Program-made: the position numbers and the translations under genes
Notes under the pieces: generated by a model
Database searches by the model: none
Told to the model about the DNA's origin: nothing
The model's input: the letters and a program-made list of their open reading frames with translations, nothing else
Shown here: one piece after another, positions 21,182 to 32,390 of the stretch
Layout of the letters: every line of letters begins with the position of its first letter
Position numbering within the stretch: position 1 is the first letter of the stretch
Source of the DNA: Rhizodiscina lignyota
Taxonomy: Eukaryota
Reading direction: 5' to 3'
Assembly (NCBI GenBank): GCA_010015805.1
Contig: ML978130.1
Span: forward strand, 1,302,001-1,336,433
DNA: 34,433 nucleotides

Positions 21182-23618
21182 TTAATGCACCGTCAACGAC
21201 CCTGTGAGCTTAATATTCCTCGAGCTCGCCCCAATATACACCTTAAACGTGCCCTTCGGCACCACCCACTTCTGAGATGCCACGTCCCAGTAGCTGAGAT
21301 CCTTCTTTCGAAGCTCATACGTTGCAGTGCCGGTCTGGCCAGGTCGAAGCTGCAATTTGTCGAAGCCGCGGAGCTGCTTCGGCGGGTGATCTGGTGCAGA
21401 GGATGGAAGGTCGATGTACAGCTGCGCAACCTCAGCGCCGGTGACCTTGCCGGTATTCTTGACTTGTGCGGTGACAGTTGCGACGGTGCTGTAGAGATCA
21501 GAGGGGCCACCCGGAGCAGTGCTTCCGTGTGTTGGCCCGGAGGTTGCCGATGAGCGGACGGACAGGCGGCTGAAGCTGAATGATGTGTATGCTATTTCGA
21601 AACACCGCGTTAGCATCAATATTCTCATTGGGTTGATTGTTTGAACAGGTTAGTGCTGCACTTACAGAGGCCGAAGCCAAATTCATATCTCGGAGTGATT
21701 CCGGCTTTGTCGAAATGGCGGTAGTCAATGTATAAGCCCTCTGGATAATTGTCATCTCCAGGAACAATGTCCGTGCCATAGTCGGATGGCTGCTTCGCGA
21801 TCGTATAAGGGAGTTTGCCAGATGGTGAAGTGGAGCCGTGCAACACATCTGCAAGACCATTTCCAGTCTCTTGACCTGGAATACCAGCCCAGACAATTCC
21901 CACGACATTCTTGTTTGAGAGAATACTCTCCAAGATCAATGGCCCGACCGAGTGTATAACAACAATAGTCTTCTTATTGACTGCAGCAACGGCAGCAACC
22001 AGTTCATTGCCATTGTTCCACGGGTTGAGATCATTTCGATCACCAGCATTGCCTTCAACGGTGATGTAGCCTTCTCCAGAATCCGCATTGATGAAGACAA
22101 GAGCCATATCAGCCTGTTTAGCAGCATTGCCGCCAGCAGAGACATCGTTGCTGGTCGAGAGGACGAGCTTCGTGTTGTCTTTCGATGCTTGCGCCTGGAT
22201 TGCATCGAGCGGGCTGACAAGATAGGGGAATTGGTCGGTGCCAGAGCCCCATCCCATTGCAAGTGTGCCATTGTCGCAGTTTCTATCGGTGCAAGCATTT
22301 GGACCGTCTGGGTTTGTGATCGCATCGTATCCAACGATGGCCAAACTCTTCGGCTTATGGAGTGGGAGGACCTTGTCATCATTTTTCAGCAGAACAATAC
22401 CATCGCGCGCAATGGCTCTTGCGACGACTTTGTGGTCATCCTGGACGTCTGGCCCTCCGGTACCATTGTTCCAGGCATCAAAAGTGTCAAGAGGATAGTT
22501 CTTGTCTTGTCCCACGTAGTACCACGAAGCTAAGATTCGCTCTGCCATATTGTTTAGTCTGGATTCCGGGACGGAGCCGTTCTCAACAGATGCCACGAGC
22601 TTTGGGCCCCAGTAGATGTGCGATGGAATGCCGCTATAGTCATCACCAGGCATAGACATGTCGAGCCCACTATTAGCAGAATTGATAGTCGTTGTTTGGG
22701 CGTTCCAGTCGGACATTATATATCCTTTAAAGCCAAGCTCGCCTTTGAGAACTTCGGTCATGGTATGCTTGTTCTCGCAGGAATATGTTCCATTTACCTT
22801 GTTGTACGAGCACATGACGGACGCTACATTAGCCTTGACAGCGTCGGCAAATGGCCAAAGATAGAGCTCATGCAGAGTACGGTCGCCGATGTTGGCGCTC
22901 ATGCTCCCGCGATTAAGCTCCTGCTCGTTGCCGATGTAGTGTTTTGCACATGCCTGACCGCCTGCACCTTGAATTCCGTTAATGGTCTCCTGCATTGCAA
23001 TTCCAGCAAGGTACGGGTCCGGGCTGAAGCCTTCCCAGTTTCGACCGCCGCGGGCGTTCTTCCCCAGTGGGCCACAAACCGGTCCGAGAAGAACGTCTGA
23101 AGCAGTGAAATTAGCATATACAAGACTGGAGAGCGGAGAACAGTCGTCGTCTCTAGTGATGCAATGTACCGTTGAAAATTACAGGTTACGTACTGACACC
23201 CAAGCCTCTGACTTCCTGTCCCATGGCCGTGCCCCTTTCGTTAATCAAAGTCCTGTCCCAGGTCGAGGCTGCCTGAATGCCAGCAGGGAAGGCGGTCACA
23301 CCTTGAGCGTAACGAACGCCAAGTGGACTATCCATAAGGCATGGAGCCCTATATCCAATGGATGGTGCTGGCGACGTATTGCCAACACAATTGCCCTCTG
23401 TACAGTGTAATCAGTATCAGTATTCTCTACATATTATTTAACAGGGACATACTTTGCCATCCTACACCAGTGACGATACCCACTTTCTCAGTGATGTTGA
23501 GCTTTGCAACAGCCGCTGAAGCTTTTGCATATGCCGCAGACCAGCTACCGGCTCCAGCGCTCGGAGCCGCCAAGGAGAGGGGGATGAGCCCCAAGATGGG
23601 AAACAGGGACAATTGCAT
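21182..23618 (-). CDS. bglL: Secreted glycoside hydrolase family 3 beta-glucosidase (Cel3A/BglL-like; ~736 aa), 4 exons
   Basis: Exons 23618-23453, 23397-23194, 23096-21666, 21591-21182. Signal peptide MQLSLFPILGLIPLSLA. Motifs GGRNWEGF, CAKHYIGNEQE, ELYLWPFADAV, nucleophile IMSDW, ADSGEGY, YIDYRHFD, and a C-terminal FnIII domain (KQLRGFDK, DLSYWD). The symbol is by remembered resemblance only. Confidence 0.93.
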
Positions 23619-23685
23619 GTTGGAGTTCTCTACGAAGGGCTGCAGATCCTTCAAGGTCCAGAAAATTCTCCATGACCAGCGGCCA

Positions 23686-23692
23686 TTTTATA
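23686..23692 (-). promoter_or_regulatory. Putative TATA box of the GH3 gene
   Basis: TATAAAA on the minus strand about 70 bp upstream of ATG 23618. Confidence 0.5.
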
Positions 23693-25272
23693 CCTGCCGC
23701 TCCAACAGCTTAGAGATGCAGCTTTCGCAGATCGTACCGACTCGAAAGAGGCATTCTGCCGCAAAACAGGTCGAAGCTGACCAGATTCTGGGGAAGAGTT
23801 AATTTTTGCATGGTCTGCTGGCAGGTCATGCCAGGATCTCGACGTGCCATTGTGGAGATCGTCATTAGCACGAGGGGTGAAGATGCATGCAAACTAGACG
23901 ACGATGCTGCAGAGGCAGGTGACTATCGTCCAAAACTGCAGTACTCGTGCCTGAGATTCTGTTCGACGCTGGATACGGTCAACTCCGGATATCCGCTTAG
24001 AGGTCAATTCGAGGAGGCGTCCATCTGCAATGATACTCACCCCTCACATATTGAGAGATGGCGTGAACATGTGTCAGCGGAAAGGTAACAGCGGAGATAC
24101 GAGACTGCGGTAGACTGTAAGGAAGGTAGCATCTAAGCCCGATATGCGTAGTAGAAAGCAGGTCAAGATGCCGGCTAAGCTTTTGTGGAGGCGGGACAGA
24201 AGACGATGTAGATCGTATCTCCCCTGAATAAAGCCACCAATCAGAAGCGGCGGAAATATACCGCTCTTCAGGAACAAGGCTCGACCCCGCGCCCACATGG
24301 GGCAAGGTTTAATGGCCGAGGAATACCTTCTTTCAGCGCCATGCGGCGAGCTCTGGGATCAAAACTGGACTTTCTTGGAGAAGACAATGATTTACTTATA
24401 CAGGGCCCAAGAAGGGGAAATAAATTAGGATATGTCCTGAATTGGCCGACTCTTTATAGAGTATCTCCCTCAGGATAGACGTGGAGGAAAAGTTGATATC
24501 GTCTAGTACCGAAACACTTCCAACACTTCAGATATCAGTGATATGTCGTCTTTAACCGACATCCCGCTCCTATGAAATACATGGGTCACCCATGCCTCGA
24601 GGTAGCATTCTAGAATCGACAGTGGGCGTCAAAGGTGACGGGCCACGGCTCTGAAGCTCGATATCACTATGCAAGCGAAAAGTTCGGTGGCGACAGTCTT
24701 TATTTTTAACTCTTGCGTGCCATTCTCAGAGCCGAGGAGATGTAGCAGTGGCTGGTTTTCGCAAGCATTTTGCCATTAACAGAGCCCATCTCTTCGTGAG
24801 TTATCATCTTGCACAACCTTTATGTTGAGAAAACCGAAAGCGGCGGGGATGTTAACGGAGACAGTGCTGTCCGAGAATAATTCCTTCATCTACTGCACTT
24901 GAATGCCTAGCAGACTGCTGCGCTTCAGGCAACGAGAGCAAGATTTCGAATGCATGACTGCAGTGGTTAGTAGCTTTTCCAGTCACATATTCAAATTCCC
25001 CGAAAAGAAGAGCTCAATAGACATCCTTTTATGTTTTAACCAAGTTGAACTCATTTATATGTTAATCTGACAGGCTGTACCAGCACAAATAAACATATAT
25101 AGCGGATCCAAAGACACCACACTCCCTTACCATTTCTAAATCGAGTTTAAACCAAATACTCCCACGAGTCACACTCAATGCATGTTTAGGCGGTGGTCCC
25201 CCTATTCTAGCGCCAGCGGAGGCAATGCCCTCCGGTACGATTCACGATTGATCTGCCTCCCAAATATTGCAA

Positions 25273-27549
25273 TCACAAAACAACCAGCCATTTGCCTGCT
25301 TCGTCACTGGCGCGATCCACAGCGCAGGAAACACAGCAACCATCGCACCGAAGAAGGACCCTTCTCTCGAGACCCGTTGCGTCCGGGACATCTGGAGAGT
25401 CGTCTTCCAAGATTCCTCCAAGTACGAGCCATCTCGCTCGGGCGTCGCCTTTCACCAGGCAGATGCAAATCCGTGGGCTTTCGTCAGGCCACGGCCCAAA
25501 ATCCAGACGCCATTCGAATCCCGCCGCTGTGGCCACATCCAGAGCAAGATCTTTTTCTTGTGGTTCTTCATCTCGGTGTGGGCAAGGCAGCAGCGTCTTG
25601 TCCACTCCCCAGAGAGCATTGTTGAGATAGCGAGGACTTGTGTAAAGAGTGTACGCGCGAGTTTCGCCAGCTACAAGCTCCTCGAGGTGGTAACGTATAG
25701 ACATGCAGAATGCTTTAGATCGCGTGGTCCACATTTCTGTGCGTCTCAACACGGGCATAACACATCGTGGAGTGTATGTGTCTGCACGTTCAACAATACG
25801 TGGAGTGAGATCTGGGCCACGTGGAGGGTTAAGTGGTCGAATTATAGGTCCGTCAACAATGAGATATCGCCGCTCTTCCGTCCTGGGGTTTGTTGGGACG
25901 CCTCTTTTGATGAATACGGACTCACAGTCGACATTTCCGGGATCATTATCTTCGAAAGTCGGGATATATGCGCTCCACCCCCTTGCCGATGCGAGGCAGA
26001 GGCTTCCTTCCAAGCCTCCGAGTAGTTCTTTGCCATACTTGTGTCCCATTAACATGGTTAAAATCATTTTGAACCAGACATGGCAATCAAGGCTAACTAA
26101 GTCTCGCCCTTTGATAGGGCTCGAAGCCACCAGAATGTCCATACTGTACACTAATGGGAGCTGCGAACACGCTCTGATATCGACGATGTGGGCAAAAGCC
26201 AAGAGCAATCGAGAAAGCGCTTCAATGACGTCCACTACGTTAAGATAGGACATACCGTGGAGGATGTTGTATTTCTTGGAATGCTTCTGCAGAGTGGGAG
26301 GGAGCCGAAGTGATCCGTCGCTGTTGAAAATTGCTTCGGTATAGGAGTTAACTGTGTCCCAAGGAATTTCAAGCCCATCAAAAGCCACCTCGGATGCTTC
26401 TTGAATTTTCCAAGTTTCCACAGCGGAAAGGATGTCTGGCTGGGAGTTTTTGCTCGCTCCATATGCGCTTCGCCGCAGTTTCCTCGCGTGGACAATCGCG
26501 AGAGCTATTGTGAAACAGACCGCTTCTGTATGCAAAGGGTGGCCCTCAGGAACAATAGTTGGGCTATTTAGCTTCCTTCGCAGAATCTTTAACAAGTAAC
26601 CGCCTAGTCGAAGCCGTTCTTCACTCTCTAATTGTTCGACTTGAGTAGCTTCCGGTAATGTTGCAAGCACTACTGTTTCGCTCGCATCTTTGAGATATAT
26701 CGTAGGAGGATGAAGGTCAGATAACCGTAGGGATGCCGCCTTTTGGTTCCATTTAATCACAACCTGATGTTCTCCTGAGCCACCAAAATGTACGTCTCCA
26801 TCCGGACAGCCCAAAACATCAACGCCAAGGCCAAGAATGCAATTGGCCCATACGATGATAGGAATTGCACCCATTTGGTTGTCTATTACCATGACTCGAT
26901 GTTCTGGAAGGCTTTGTACTAGGTAGAGGTAATCCATGGCTGCAAGGAGTGTGCTTGGCGAGAGCCTTTTCAGTTCGGTCCGTACTCCGTCGAGCCCCGT
27001 CATGGACGAAGGAAATTTGCTTTCTACAAGCTCAATGAGAGTCTCCCAGGGGTATTGGCTTGTCTGTGACTGTATTGCTACTAGTGTTTTCAATATGCCG
27101 TCGAAGTCTGGGCTGGGCGTCGCATGTTCGACTTTGAGTTCGAATCGTTGTCGCATGGCCTCGACGAGCGTTGCAGCGAGAGATGTCGGCTCGTGCATCC
27201 AAACTAGAAGTGACAGCTGGATGACGGTAGGGAGGTAGTAATCGTCTTTCAGAGCACGCCGCAGAGTTGCACCTGGGCCGGCATCCAGTAAAATTTCGCT
27301 GTTTGGAGTGAGCGGCGAGATAGACCCAATCCTAACAGTATTTTTGAATTGATTCTCGACCGAGGGAGCGACTTTCGCTCGGCTGAAAATCACTGCAAGA
27401 TCCTCTTCCACCAGAAGGTCGGATCCGTGCTGTTTGAGCTCACGGGCCAGCTTGATGACAGTTGCGGCTGTGTAAGAGAGAATTGGTAGCACTGCCGGTA
27501 CGAGCCTCGTGAGCTCCAGGGAAAGGGAAATCTGCGCTGGGATAGGCAT
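25273..27549 (-). CDS. Uncharacterised intronless protein (~758 aa) with Cys-rich C-terminal tip
   Basis: Uninterrupted 2.3-kb ORF, first ATG at 27549, globular composition. N-terminal LARELKQHGSDLLVEEDL and C-terminal RWLVLGG...RVLLRCDGCCVSCAVD...KWLVVL. I recognise no named domain. Confidence 0.8.
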   Translation of the reverse strand: MPIPAQISLSLELTRLVPAVLPILSYTAATVIKLARELKQHGSDLLVEEDLAVIFSRAKVAPSVENQFKNTVRIGSISPLTPNSEILLDAGPGATLRRALKDDYYLPTVIQLSLLVWMHEPTSLAATLVEAMRQRFELKVEHATPSPDFDGILKTLVAIQSQTSQYPWETLIELVESKFPSSMTGLDGVRTELKRLSPSTLLAAMDYLYLVQSLPEHRVMVIDNQMGAIPIIVWANCILGLGVDVLGCPDGDVHFGGSGEHQVVIKWNQKAASLRLSDLHPPTIYLKDASETVVLATLPEATQVEQLESEERLRLGGYLLKILRRKLNSPTIVPEGHPLHTEAVCFTIALAIVHARKLRRSAYGASKNSQPDILSAVETWKIQEASEVAFDGLEIPWDTVNSYTEAIFNSDGSLRLPPTLQKHSKKYNILHGMSYLNVVDVIEALSRLLLAFAHIVDIRACSQLPLVYSMDILVASSPIKGRDLVSLDCHVWFKMILTMLMGHKYGKELLGGLEGSLCLASARGWSAYIPTFEDNDPGNVDCESVFIKRGVPTNPRTEERRYLIVDGPIIRPLNPPRGPDLTPRIVERADTYTPRCVMPVLRRTEMWTTRSKAFCMSIRYHLEELVAGETRAYTLYTSPRYLNNALWGVDKTLLPCPHRDEEPQEKDLALDVATAAGFEWRLDFGPWPDESPRICICLVKGDARARWLVLGGILEDDSPDVPDATGLERRVLLRCDGCCVSCAVDRASDEAGKWLVVL

Positions 27550-28122
27550 GATGGAAATAAGAAGCTGCAAAACATGAACTTTGACAGAAGAAGAGATGGA
27601 AAGAATGGGCGTCTGGAGTGTGCAAGGCAGCCTTATTACTTTATCGTCTTGTGAATCCTCCCCCTGTCGAAGTGGCGCTTTTTAAGCGCTTCGTTTCAGC
27701 ACTTCTCTGGGGGTTCTAAAAGCTCATAGGCCGATTTTTAGATTCTAGTTAGCCTGATAGAGCAGGGTGTGAGAAGGCTCCTTGCCATTATGCCTCACGA
27801 GGCTGTTATTATTGTGGCGATGTTCCTGGCGTTGATCTCGGATCCTGAGTGGACGAGCCAGGTCAAGGCCTTTCGCACCGCGCCCTCATCCTTAACGCCG
27901 AGGATGAGATCACAGCTCTATCTTCATCGGTGTCTTCCACTGCCTCGCACCAAAATATCTTCCTTATGGCCAACCTATGGTGATATACAGGCGTCAAACG
28001 AAACCCACACCTGCGGCTTCCGCTCGAACCCACTGTTACCCCGTCCTCATGTCCTTGATCCAGCGATGACCCGGATACACGATGGGGTATTAGCCTTCAG
28101 CCTGGCAATACATTAGTCCGCC

Positions 28123-30448
28123 ATGGCCCGCATACCTGACTACGTCCGGGACTCTGAGCTTGAGGTTGAAATTCGGGATAATTGTACAGTACATTCCTAT
28201 ATCGAGTCTAGTCAAAGCCCCCGTCAGCGCGCCGCTCGAAGGCAGGAGACTTGGAAGACATCGCGTGAGATTGGACCTGGTGGATGTGGAAGTGTATGGC
28301 TCGAGGAATACATAGATGGAACAGAGAGTGGTGCTGTCCGAGCAGTGAAGAAGCTTTCTACAGGGCAACATGGATTCCGCAGTAGTACAATTCTCAGAGA
28401 GCTAGAGGCCATTGCCAAGTTCTCCCACAACAGGGTACGATATGGCCCGTTAATTCATCGGTCGTCAAATTAGAGACGCTGACTCTCGGTATACTGTAAC
28501 AGTATGAACGATGCTTCGTAAAATCCTTCGGTTGGTTCCAAGCCCATGGCAGCGTTTGCGTAACAATGGAGTATTGCGCTCTCGGTGACTTGCAAACTTA
28601 TCTCCCCTCGACAGCGCCATTACCAGAACGTGAAGTCCAAGAGATAGCATTTCAATGTCTGGAGGGTATCTGTTATATGCATGATAACGAGTTTGCTCAC
28701 AGAGACTTGAAGCCAAGTGTATGTTTTCAATCATTCCAGTGCACTAGTGGCGGCTGAGGCTGACGAATTAAATCAAGAATATTCTAATCATGTCTTGTCC
28801 ACCGGAACAATGGTGGGTTAAGCTTGCGGGCTTTGGTATCTCTAAGCGAATGGAAGAAAACCTCGATCCTCCATCAACCGTTAAGGGGACTCAGCAGTTT
28901 ATGGCGCCTGAACTTCTCGGGTTCGGCAGCAAACCTGGCGACGACAACAAGACTTCTCTCTACGCATTCGCTGCAGACATGTGGGCATTCGGCGAAATGA
29001 TTTTTCAATTGACGACCAAAAAGCCCGTCTTCCCGAAGCTTTCTGATCTGGCCGCGTATGCATCAGGCACGCTGCGCTTTCCTGAAGTTGCTCTGAATCA
29101 AGTCAACATGAGCAGCTGCGGAAGGAACTTTCTGTTATTTGCAATGTCCTCACGACCCCAGATCAGACTATCAGCTGCATAAGCATGTGAGCACGAGTGG
29201 ATTCGGCAGCTAAAATCCGTTGATGAGAATAAGGACCGAGTAATTTCTACCAGGTATTGTACAGCCTCTATCTTTTCATGGGTTCTAGACTAATCTGATT
29301 TAAGGGTTGCTCAAGAGAATAACTACCGTACGCAGTCTGAACGACACCAGCCATCCGACTTTGGGGCGCAAGGTGAATTTAAAGAAAAGGAGATCAAACT
29401 GAGAGCTACAAGTACGTACTCGTAACTGAGCCCCGTCAAAAAGCTGAGCGGCCATGCAGGCGAAGTATCGCATGATAAGCGTTTACTACCTGTGTTGGAG
29501 ACCTCGTTACCACAGAAGAGCAGTTCTGAAGAAACGGAGAAAATCAACGCTGCCCCTGCGCAGACTCGCAATAAGAAAACTGAATTGGCTGAATTCGAGT
29601 CATGGAATACCAAAGATTACCAGGATTATATCCAGAAGAGGGCTATGGATATGGCGGAATTGTGGCGGCATGTGACTGGTGAGAAATGGCTGGTTGACAC
29701 CAACTGGGACCCTTGCGATAACCTGTACGATATCCAGGCACTTCTATTCCAGGAAATGGAGGGAAGGTCCTACCAACGCCGCCTTTCTCGACTGACTGGT
29801 ATTTATCATAAAATGCGACGGAAACCGCAAGACTTCGATAGATTCATTATGGAGAGGGCCGAGGATATAGCAAAAGTATTTCGAAAAATGAATTGGAAGC
29901 ATCCGCCGATTGATCGTGCTCAAGATCATCCGTGCGATATCCTATATTGGTTTCAGGGACGTCTATGCGATGAAGTCGAGAAATGGCGGAAGAGCCGGAC
30001 ACCATCACATACGAACCAGCCCAATCAAAGTTCCATTTCTCCATCGACTGGGCACAGGCAGGCCCTAGAAGAACCGCCATGGAGTATTCGAGGCTACCAA
30101 CGTTATATTAGGAGGAGGGCTGAGGATTCAGTAAGGGTAATGCGAAGCGTTAATTGGAAGCATGTACCGATTGATCCTGCTGGAGATCCTTTCGACCTTC
30201 TCTATAACACTCAGAGGGACCTGTTTGAAGCACTCAAATACTTTTGGAAGCGCGCTTATCCGTTACAGGAGCAGAATGTTGCACTACAGGGGGGTATAAA
30301 AAATCGGGGAAAAGACTTCGTTGACGAGAAGAAGAGATGGAAGGAGGCGCTTGACGAGAGAAATGAAGAAATTCAGAGGTTGGGCGAACGAATAGTCAGG
30401 CTCCAACATGCGCTTGCTACAGGAGAAGATGCTCCTCGAAATGCCTGA
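28123..30448 (+). pseudogene. Ser/Thr protein kinase gene with C-terminal repeat domain, disabled (DFG->GFG and premature TAA)
   Basis: Exons 28123-28434, 28503-28718, 28778-29253, 29305-29411, 29460-30448 total 700 codons. Motifs GPGGCGSV, AVKK, RELEA, MEYCALGDL, HRDLKPSN, KLAGFG (GGC at 28829-28831), GTQQFMAPE, ADMWAFG. The in-frame TAA at 29180-29182 falls inside RLSAA*ACEHEWI, the normal end of the kinase fold. Confidence 0.75.
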
Positions 30449-30727
30449 GGTAAAGAGCGGCAAAATAAAGAGATTTCAGTAGTGAAGAATTGGAATTGGC
30501 TGTAGATGCTGGGAGCTGGGAGGGTTGATTTTAGGATTAATAGGATAATGAAAGTGTAGTATGCCTCGGAAATTTTTGCTGCGATATAGAATAGCAATCA
30601 ACAATCTAAACGCGCGAACGCCGCAGTAGTTATGCTAACAGGCACCAGTTTACATGATAGAACATGGGCCGCCGACCGAGTTAATCGTTTCAACTTTTGA
30701 AAGGTAAATAAGAGGTCAAAATTAAGA

Positions 30728-32390
30728 TCAATCGCCTCGTCCGGTACCGACAGCTGCATCATCATCAGAATTTGACGCCCTCCAGGCTCCGCCCTTCCAC
30801 TGTAGTACAACAACCGGGAGTACACTGCAGACAAGAACAATACCAGCCATCAAGCCACCGCTTCCGGCAACACCAATCGAATCGATCATGTCCGGGAACC
30901 AGAAAGGACCAATGAACCCCCAAGTGCTCCTAAAGATGTTCACGAAGACACCAATGCTTGACGACTGTTCTGGATGGCAGTCGATGGCATACGTGACGAG
31001 GATCGTGGTGATGATCTGGTTTCCAGCACCAGCGATGGCGATGCCGACGATGGGCGAGACATCCCAGTGGCCGACGGCGGCGTTGTTGACCTGCACGCCA
31101 AACACGATCAGTCCAATAATGACGAGCATGAAACCGAAGTATGACAGCCAGAGGCGATATTCTGGCTCCGGCCGGATGCCATTGCCGTTCTTGCGCGTCT
31201 TGCGGTTGATCCAGACGTCGGACAGCGGGCCGCCGAGCTGTTCACCGATGATGGTGCCCACCATGATGCCGAGGAACTGCAACCCGATTTGCTGAGGATT
31301 GAAATTGAACTTGGGGATGAAGATCTGGGGTATCTCGACTGTGAGGAAGACGGAAGCGAAACAGAACACGATGGTGTACGTAATCGTCGGGATTGTAATG
31401 CTTGCGTAGCGTGCAAGAAAGATCGGGGAGATGAATTCGACTGGCTTCAGTGGAGTTGGATCAAGGCGGCCAAAAGTAAGATATTCTTTCTTGAACGTGC
31501 TTCCAGTGTGTGTAACTCCACTCCGCAGGTAGCGCGTCTCAGGGCCGAAGAAGAAGTACGCTACAAATTGCACCGCATTGATCTGTAAAGTGTAAGCGTT
31601 CATTCTGAGCGAAGTATAGTTCGCATACTATTGCAAAGATCCAATAGATCCATCTGTAACCAATATGGTAGGCAACAAAACCCATGAAGAAGGGTCCGCT
31701 TGGAGGTCCAAGTGTGAAAATGAGCATCCAGATTCCCATGAATTTACCACGGTCTTTCTTGAAAAAGGTTTCTACAACCACGCCGCCGCCAATTGCAGCA
31801 GCAGGGCAGATGAAGAAGGACATGATGCACCGACAAGCCATCATCGCTCCGTAGCTGTGAGACTCGGCGCAGCCAATGTTCATGACGCCCGCAAAGAGGG
31901 TTGAAATCAGCCATATCGGACGGCGACCGAATCGATTAGCGAGTGGTTTCCACAACAGTGGGCCGACGCCAAGCATCGCAATGGTTGCGGAAGTCAAGTA
32001 CGAAGCTTTCTGAAGAGACACTCCAAGATCGGCAGCAATGTCCCCGAAGGCCGGAATGATGCCAGCAGCGAAGAAGGTGGCCATACAGGCATGGAATGCA
32101 ACGAGAAAGAGATTGACATTTTTCTATTCCAAGTCAGCAATGAGCATGGAGAATTTTTGGTGGTTTAGAATATCAACCTTCCATGCCGGCCAATTGTAAG
32201 GGTCTGCCGGATCCGCGCTTGGTATGGGATCGAGGTTGAGCGTGCCATGTCGCTGAAGGAGATACTCGCGATGTTCAGGTGATAGATCAGCTGCTCCTCC
32301 ATCATCAATGTATGTTTTTACATGTTGGGCTTCCTGTTCATCGTGGCTGCTGCCATTCAGCACGTCCTCAGACTTCTCGGTGGTACCCAT
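30728..32390 (-). CDS. MFS transporter (DHA1-like; ~520 aa), 3 exons
   Basis: Exons 32390-32178, 32123-31629, 31582-30728. DPADPYNWPAWKK, MFS motif A-like PLANRFGRRP, WIYWIFAI, PETRY, GPLSD, RPEPEYRL and many hydrophobic helices. Confidence 0.93.

Noticed and set aside
25182..26248. Plus-strand ORFs of 147-252 aa
   Set aside because: They are antisense to the 758-aa CDS and have no recognisable protein features.
29180..29182. Possible A-to-I stop-codon editing restoring the kinase
   Set aside because: The stop is TAA, which needs two edits, at a position where Trp is not expected. A-to-I editing also cannot repair the GFG lesion.
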